Shown here one piece after another: positions 58,090 to 64,000 of a DNA stretch of 64,000 nucleotides. The translations under genes and the position numbers were made by a program. The notes under the pieces were generated by a model. That model was not told the DNA's origin. It made no database searches and saw only the letters and a list, made by a program, of their open reading frames with translations. Source of the DNA: a virus (taxonomy: Duplodnaviria > Caudoviricetes); the IMG/VR virus record IMGVR_UViG_3300013426_000014, positions 128,001 through 192,000 of that record, one strand, 5' to 3'. The first letter of the stretch is position 1. The number at the start of each line of letters is the position of its first letter.

Positions 58090-58749
58090 ATGCTTGACAA
58101 AGAAACAAGAGAAGTTCTGGACCGGTTGACCGCGCCGGTCATAAAGACGAAACAGAATCCGGTTGACTTTTACAAATGTCGCGATGTGAATGACCCGACA
58201 CGGGCATGGTCTGCCGCCGGCATTGATTTTTATATGCCGCGTTTTCGCGATGGTAAAAATTGGCCGGATGATGATAAGGAATCATGCCCCGCCATCGCCG
58301 ATACAGTCTTTTCTAAAGATTTGCGGGCGAGAAGCGGTAGTGGATGGAAGTCACATATCTTTGGTTATGACCATGATTTCGATCTTAACTATATCGCACT
58401 GCAGCCCGGCGAACGTGTGGCGATACCGTCCGGTATTAAAGCAAGGTTCAATATAAAAGACATTGCGCTTATCGCGTTCAATAAATCTGGTGTCGCGACG
58501 AAAAAAGGACTTATCGTCGGGGCGTGTGTTGTCGATGAAGACTATCTCGGCGAGATTCATATCTCGTTGATGAATACATCAAACACTGATCAGATTCGTC
58601 TGTATGAAAATGAGAAGCTTGTACAATTTCTGGCAATTCCGCTTGTTCGGCCGTGTTTCGGTATGCTCACCGAAAATGAGTGGAATGAATATGTCAATGA
58701 GTCTGATTCACTCCGCGGCGCGGGATGGCAGGGATCAAGTAACAAATAA
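58090..58749 (+). CDS. dut: Trimeric dUTPase
   Basis: AAGIDF, PSGI, NKSGVATK, VVDEDYLGEI, LVQF, RGAGWQGSS. Confidence 0.9.
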   Translation: MLDKETREVLDRLTAPVIKTKQNPVDFYKCRDVNDPTRAWSAAGIDFYMPRFRDGKNWPDDDKESCPAIADTVFSKDLRARSGSGWKSHIFGYDHDFDLNYIALQPGERVAIPSGIKARFNIKDIALIAFNKSGVATKKGLIVGACVVDEDYLGEIHISLMNTSNTDQIRLYENEKLVQFLAIPLVRPCFGMLTENEWNEYVNESDSLRGAGWQGSSNK

Positions 58750-58758
58750 TCAGGTATT

Positions 58759-59256
58759 ATGAGTTTGGATCTTTATATAATTTCACCTGAGCCAATTAAG
58801 AAGAAAACAACAGGCGTATTTTACCGCAAAGACGGTAGGACGCTTGAATGTGAGACGATTGAGCAGGTCAAGACTGCGTTTCCTGATTGTGATCTTTCAG
58901 AAATTACAGTTCATGAATATGAGACCGATGAGTACTGGCATGGCAATCTGACACATAACCTTACCCAAATGGCGGCGGAGGTCAAGGCGGACGGATACAC
59001 ATTGTATGATTTGATGTGGCATCCAGATGATCACGGATTCGTTTATGTGACATATGAGTACGTTGAGCTTGTAAACAGGATGGTTGATATACTCGATGAT
59101 CTTGATCCGGAAGTCATTATAAAAACGACACCAGAAAATGGGTGGGGAACATATGATCTGCTTCTTAGTGTCGCCGGCGATTTCGCCGATCAGCTTATGG
59201 ATCTTTACAATTCTGTCGAGAATTACGAGGATTACAAGGTTGTCGCCGATACATAG
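58759..59256 (+). CDS. Hypothetical phage protein (MSLDLY...NLTHNL..MA...PENGWGTY)
   Basis: Clean ATG-TAG ORF. Confidence 0.7.
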   Translation: MSLDLYIISPEPIKKKTTGVFYRKDGRTLECETIEQVKTAFPDCDLSEITVHEYETDEYWHGNLTHNLTQMAAEVKADGYTLYDLMWHPDDHGFVYVTYEYVELVNRMVDILDDLDPEVIIKTTPENGWGTYDLLLSVAGDFADQLMDLYNSVENYEDYKVVADT

Positions 59257-59285
59257 CGGCTACATCAAATTTGTTATAAAAACCC

Positions 59286-59317
59286 AAAACCGGGCGGTTA
59301 ATTCCGTCCGGTTTTTT
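59286..59317. terminator. Bidirectional terminator
   Basis: aaaaccgggcgg-ttaatt-ccgtccggtttttt. Confidence 0.75.
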
Positions 59318-59344
59318 GTTGTAATGGTCGGTTCCGACCCGTTC

Positions 59345-61048
59345 TTATACGGTTTGTGACCACATGACGCCGAATCCGTCGACAATGCTGTATCTGTATG
59401 TTCCTGCCGTGAATTCCGCGGGTTGTCCTGACATTGTCAGTTCGTCCCCGCCATATAAGAATTTGACCGTCGCGGAGGTTTTCAGTCTGAACTGACCTCT
59501 GTATTCGGTCGAGCCATTCGCCGGCATGCTGATCCGGATGACAGCGCCGTCTATATTGTCGAACACGTACATCTTGCCGTCCGTGATAGTGACATTCTTC
59601 GTCTCGTCTGGAAAATATGTCGTATCGGACAAGTCGATATGCTTTACTGCCGTCTGCCCGCACAGGTTGAGCAGGTTAAGATACATCTCGCACGCCGAAT
59701 CCTGTGACAACGCGGCGGAGTCGTCTTCCGCCGGCGTCATGTAGTCGCCGACGCATTTGACATGACCGTACTGCTTCGCGGTCCCGGCGCCGTGTGTCGT
59801 CAGCGGCGACGCGTGGTTATCTTCCGCGTACTTGACCGCCGACCCGTCCGATATCGCCGACAGCACAGTGTCGACTTTCACGGTCAGCGCGTCATACTTG
59901 TCGTTCAGCGATCTGTTGAATTTGATGTTCGACCGCATGAGATCCAGCGCCTTGTTCAAGTTCGCCGTTACGTTCGCGAAATCTGCCGTTATCTCCGACT
60001 CGCCAGTCGACCAGTCCGATATCTCCGCCGTCGTGTCATCCGTTATCGAGCTTGTTTTGAGGTTCAGCCTGAAAGAGTATCCGTTACCGAATCCGGCGGC
60101 GTTGCTTTTCTTCTTCGTTAGCGACGGAATTGTGAAACTCCCGGACGTCCCGTTCGGCGCGTCAAGAAACAATACGCCGAAAAGATTTGTCGCCAGTATG
60201 TTGTTGCTTGCGCTGTCGTATATCGAGTAATACACGAGCACTGTGTTGAACGTGTATTCCGCCACCGGCTTTATGCCGAGCTTGTCGACGCCTATCGCGA
60301 GATCATCCATCGACAGCGAATGCGCGTCTGCCGCGTTGGTATATGTCCCGTATATATCGCGCAACCCGTTTATGTCGAGCTCCATCGACATGCAGTCGTC
60401 ATCACTTACCGTGTACGCCTCCAGTCCGGACTCGTCGTAATATGGAGACGCGTCGCCTGTCTCCTGAGCGAAGGTCGACCCGGTTTTTCAGTTGTCGTCC
60501 TCTACCTTCTTGAAATATGCGGTCATGCCGCCGAATGACGACGGCACCTGTACATATATCTCGTTGTATATTGTCCGGTCATCCGTCCTGTAGTTCGCCG
60601 CTGCGACTTTGCCGAATCCCCTGACGATTTCCGATCCGGCTTTCTCCTTGTAATATGTCGAGCCGGACGGTGTTGTCACCTTCTCTGATATGTCGATCAG
60701 CCCCTCATGTCGCAGCCATTTTCAGAACGCGCGTTCGGATACGGTCAGGTTCGCGGAGTAGTCATAACCAGTCTCGTTCCGTGCTGCCGTCTCGAGATTC
60801 ATCATATAGTGCTGCAGCTCGTCCTTTATCATGACGCCGGGATTGTCTGACCCGGATCCGCGGTTTTTCCACGCCGTCGTGTTGTCCTTTGTCCCCGGCA
60901 GGTCGAGCAGCGCGTAATGTGACACGCCGACTTTGTTTCCCCTTTCGTTTATGTTGAGCCCTACGTCCTCCGTCGCCGACGGCATTGTATAGAATGTGCC
61001 GCCTTGCGTTCGCATCGCGTTCAGAACGGGTGTCTTGAATTTCGCCAT
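59345..61048 (-). CDS. Structural (baseplate/fibre-anchor-like) protein, 567 aa, 2 TGA=Trp
   Basis: Three track ORFs joined at TGA 60722 (ERAF(W)KWL) and 60488; YGHVK fibre repeat; C-terminal domain resembles that of gene 39027-42200. Confidence 0.7.
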
Positions 61049-61052
61049 TGCC

Positions 61053-61970
61053 TTATGCCTTTTCTATTTTGCCGGACGCCGATATGATTCTGAGATCACA
61101 TCTGCCGTCTTCGTCTGTCCCGGCGCAGACGAGCGTCAGCTGTGTCACCTCCGCGTCGGATTTCATCACTTTCACGCTGATGCCATCATTAAGCCTAACA
61201 ACGAAATCGGATTCCGTTTTTGGGTTGAATATCAGGCTGACCGTGTCACCCTTCGACATCCCCCGCGGGCAGGCCGGTAGTTCGTTGTCTATCTTCAGAT
61301 ATCTCGCGCCGCCGACCTCATAATACCTGAACTTCTCGCCCTTCACCGTATCGGCATAATCGGCCTTGCGGCGGAACTTGTCCGGATCATAAGACACTTT
61401 CGTCATGTAGTATTTGAGCGGATATGTATATGACACATCGGCGTCGAGCGCGGCGAGGTATCTGTTCGCGTCCGCCGCCGTCAGCGTCGCCGGCGTCGTC
61501 GACACCGCGACCACCGTGGATTTCTGCTGCTCCACCGTCACCGGCCTTGCCGTTCTCATCGACTGGCCGGACGTCCCGCCTGTGCCGTCGTTGAATAGAT
61601 GTGCGAGCGTCAGCGCTTTGTACAGCTCGCCGATGCTCGAGTCCATCGCGGTCATTACGTCCTTCAGAGATCTGCCAGTCCCGTCGTCATATGTTACGTT
61701 GCCGATTCCCACCGTTATGTTGTCTGTGTTCTTGATAGTCAGCTGACCATCACAGATTAAATTTTTGAACTTACCGGTGTCACCCTCCACCTTGCCTTCT
61801 GTGTGTACTGGCACTTTCACGTATCCGTCCGTCCCGTCCGACCCATATGACAACACCGCGTCGAGCAGCGCCATCAACGCGTCGTTATTGCCATTGCTTA
61901 TCGACGGGAGCTCGCCGATCAGCGTCGACTGGTGAAGCTGTTTCAATTCCGGTCTTGTAAAATTAGGCAT
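61053..61970 (-). CDS. Hypothetical late/structural protein
   Basis: 305-aa ORF; late motif GATAAATAT at 61996-62004. Confidence 0.65.
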   Translation of the reverse strand: MPNFTRPELKQLHQSTLIGELPSISNGNNDALMALLDAVLSYGSDGTDGYVKVPVHTEGKVEGDTGKFKNLICDGQLTIKNTDNITVGIGNVTYDDGTGRSLKDVMTAMDSSIGELYKALTLAHLFNDGTGGTSGQSMRTARPVTVEQQKSTVVAVSTTPATLTAADANRYLAALDADVSYTYPLKYYMTKVSYDPDKFRRKADYADTVKGEKFRYYEVGGARYLKIDNELPACPRGMSKGDTVSLIFNPKTESDFVVRLNDGISVKVMKSDAEVTQLTLVCAGTDEDGRCDLRIISASGKIEKA

Positions 61971-62063
61971 TTGTCATTGACCTGTTTACGTTTGTATATT
62001 TATCGGTCCGGAATAAAACCGCCGGCGTCCTAATAAAATATTTGATTTGATAAAATCTTGCGT

Positions 62064-63539
62064 ATGATTATAAACAGAGAGATACTGACGGGTTGCGACC
62101 CGGACGGGAACGTGACGAAGACAGAGCTTATCAGCTATGTCGGTGCTGACGGGACCGTCAAGTTCCTTAACTATCCGATACCGAAGGACTGGTGGTTCAA
62201 TTGGAGCTACTCGAAATACGGCGACAGATCCGCGGATCCGTACTACCGGTCATGGGACGGCAAGCCGGTGACGAAACGGTTCCTCGACGACAACAGAGAT
62301 ATATGCGAGAACAGGGAACATGAGATACTGTGCTCGATGGTGAAGGCTTATCCGCAGATGTCTGTCTTGTACGATATGAACATACCGACCACCGCGTTCA
62401 TAGATATTGAGGTCGAAGTCGACGGGACCGGTTTCCCTGAGCCGTCGAAAGCTCAGTCACCGGTGACGACGATATCTTACGTTGTCGGCAACGTCGTGAC
62501 AGTATTCGGCCGCGCCGTCTTGACCGACGACCAGATATCTGGCATCGCGAAGAAGGTGAAGGAACACACGGAGCGTTTCGGTGTCGACTACACATTTATA
62601 TATAAGTATTACCGGAACGAGTATGACATGCTGGAGGATTTCTTCTTTAATTATGTGAAGAATATTCCGGGGTTGACCGGTTGGAACCTGTTCGGTTTCG
62701 ACTGGCCGTATCTGTATAACAGGTGCAAGAACATCGGACTGAACATAAAGAATATTTCGCCGACCGGCAAGTGGACGAAGCACAAGGTGCTGAAATCTGA
62801 GATAACGGCGGAGATACCGATGCACAAGGTCATATACGACTATCTTGAGATATACAAGAAATGGGACAGGACTGTCGAGGTGAAGGAGAACTCAACGCTT
62901 GATTTCGTCGCTTCCGCCGCACTTGGCGTTACAAAAGTGAAGCATAGTCTCGGCTTTCAGGATATGTGGGAGCAGGAACCAGACAACTATGTGTTTTATA
63001 ATGCGATAGACTCGGTTCTTGTTGCGGAGCTCGATAAGAAGATCAAGACGTCGAAAACTATGTACGCGCTCGCAAATCTGACGCATGTCGATCTGCTGAA
63101 CAATATATCGCCTGTACGTACAATCGAGATTGTTCAGTGTGAGTATGCTTGGATGGACGGCAAGGTTTTTCCCAACGTCAAGAACAACGCGGTGAAACAG
63201 GATTATGAAGGCGCGTATGTGTATCCGACGATACCGGGTATTTACAGGAACATCCTTGCCCTTGATTTTAACTCTCTGTATCCGACTACTCAAAGACAGT
63301 TCAACATTTCCCCTGATACGTTCATCAAGAAAGACAAGTCGTACACGCCGGAAGCGGACGAGATCAAGACTGTTTCCGGCGCCGTGTATAAGCGGAACGA
63401 GAAGGGACTGCTGCCTAAGATACTGACCGACTTTTACGCGAAAAGAAAGGGGTTCAAGAAAGTCATGATGGCGGCGGACGACGAGATCAATTATCTCGAG
63501 AACGTTTATGAGCGGCGCACAAGCAAAGCGATGTCATAA
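62064..63539 (+). CDS. Family B DNA polymerase, N-terminal part (3'-5' exonuclease plus motif A), split gene
   Basis: ExoI FIDIEVE, ExoII GWNLFGFDWPY, ExoIII YNAIDS, YEGAYV, motif A LDFNSLYP; TAA occurs before any KxxxNSxYG or YGDTDS motif. Confidence 0.9.
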   Translation: MIINREILTGCDPDGNVTKTELISYVGADGTVKFLNYPIPKDWWFNWSYSKYGDRSADPYYRSWDGKPVTKRFLDDNRDICENREHEILCSMVKAYPQMSVLYDMNIPTTAFIDIEVEVDGTGFPEPSKAQSPVTTISYVVGNVVTVFGRAVLTDDQISGIAKKVKEHTERFGVDYTFIYKYYRNEYDMLEDFFFNYVKNIPGLTGWNLFGFDWPYLYNRCKNIGLNIKNISPTGKWTKHKVLKSEITAEIPMHKVIYDYLEIYKKWDRTVEVKENSTLDFVASAALGVTKVKHSLGFQDMWEQEPDNYVFYNAIDSVLVAELDKKIKTSKTMYALANLTHVDLLNNISPVRTIEIVQCEYAWMDGKVFPNVKNNAVKQDYEGAYVYPTIPGIYRNILALDFNSLYPTTQRQFNISPDTFIKKDKSYTPEADEIKTVSGAVYKRNEKGLLPKILTDFYAKRKGFKKVMMAADDEINYLENVYERRTSKAMS

Positions 63540-64000
63540 TGACTGATCCGGGAACAGACGAAAAGATTATCGGTTACATCACCGGTAAGGACGGCGGTAT
63601 TGTTCGGCAGCGCTGCTCAAAAACAGCGCTGTTGAATCATGGTTATTTTGACTATATCACAGCCCGGTATCCGGATATTGACTGGACCGACGAGAAGTCC
63701 GCGCTGAAGGAGTCTCTGTATAGATTGCGAAACGGTATAGAGATATGTCCGGTTTGCCCGGTGTGCGGCAAGCCCGTCAGGTTTGACACCGGCAACAAGA
63801 TGTATCCGAAATGGTGCTCCCCTAAATGCAGGAACAATGATCTGTCCGTTAAGGAAAAGAATTCCGCCGGCGTTTCTGCCGCGCTCAGGACGGCGTATTC
63901 TGAACACGGCGGTGATATAAAAGCGAAACGTGCCGTCACATTGGGCGAAAGATACGGCGCCGTGACGTCATCCCCGTTTTCCGCCGAATCCGTGCGGAAG
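63539..64000 (+). CDS. Putative free-standing homing-endonuclease-like zinc-ribbon protein, partial (absent from track)
   Basis: ATG overlaps the polymerase TAA; MTDPGTDEK...CPVCPVCGKPV...WCSPKC...TLGERYG; open to window end. Confidence 0.55.
   Translation, partial: MTDPGTDEKIIGYITGKDGGIVRQRCSKTALLNHGYFDYITARYPDIDWTDEKSALKESLYRLRNGIEICPVCPVCGKPVRFDTGNKMYPKWCSPKCRNNDLSVKEKNSAGVSAALRTAYSEHGGDIKAKRAVTLGERYGAVTSSPFSAESVRK

Noticed and set aside
1-64000. Mollicute or other code-4 cellular chromosome
   Set aside because: Gene content is T4-like phage, GC is moderate to high, and TGA is absent from housekeeping-like genes.
1-64000. Apparent excess of CG-containing palindromes (GTCGAC, CCGG, CGCG) as a modification signal
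   Set aside because: Visual impression only; it may follow from codon usage and needs a Markov-model k-mer test.

Overview
This 64 kb window comes from a large T4-like (myovirus-type) bacteriophage, probably infecting Bacteroidota. Host clues are BACON domains, a Bacteroidota-type bS1 homolog, a DUF4494-like ORF and TAnnTTTG-like promoters. It uses a recoded genetic code: TGA is read as Trp (code 4), so most short ORFs in the supplied track are in-frame fragments of long genes. Replication and nucleotide-metabolism genes (helicase, primase, gp46, clamp-like, dNMP kinase, thyA, DHFR, dUTPase, split family-B polymerase) contain no internal TGA. Most virion genes and two nucleases require TGA read-through. 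Late genes share a GATAAATA promoter motif. The most striking structure is a 1,143-bp segment (30253-31395) bounded by perfect 158-bp inverted repeats. It carries two alternative, convergent C-terminal tips for a 2,628-aa BACON adhesin/tail fibre, so it is a candidate receptor-binding phase-variation switch, with no invertase visible in the window. Other notable items: a candidate late-expressed structured ncRNA (~9790-9930), a 2,834-aa CotH-kinase/LRR protein, a truncated ribosomal bS1 homolog, and a DNA polymerase B broken before motif B and followed by a homing-endonuclease-like ORF. All coordinates, counts and family calls were made by eye; no database search was run.
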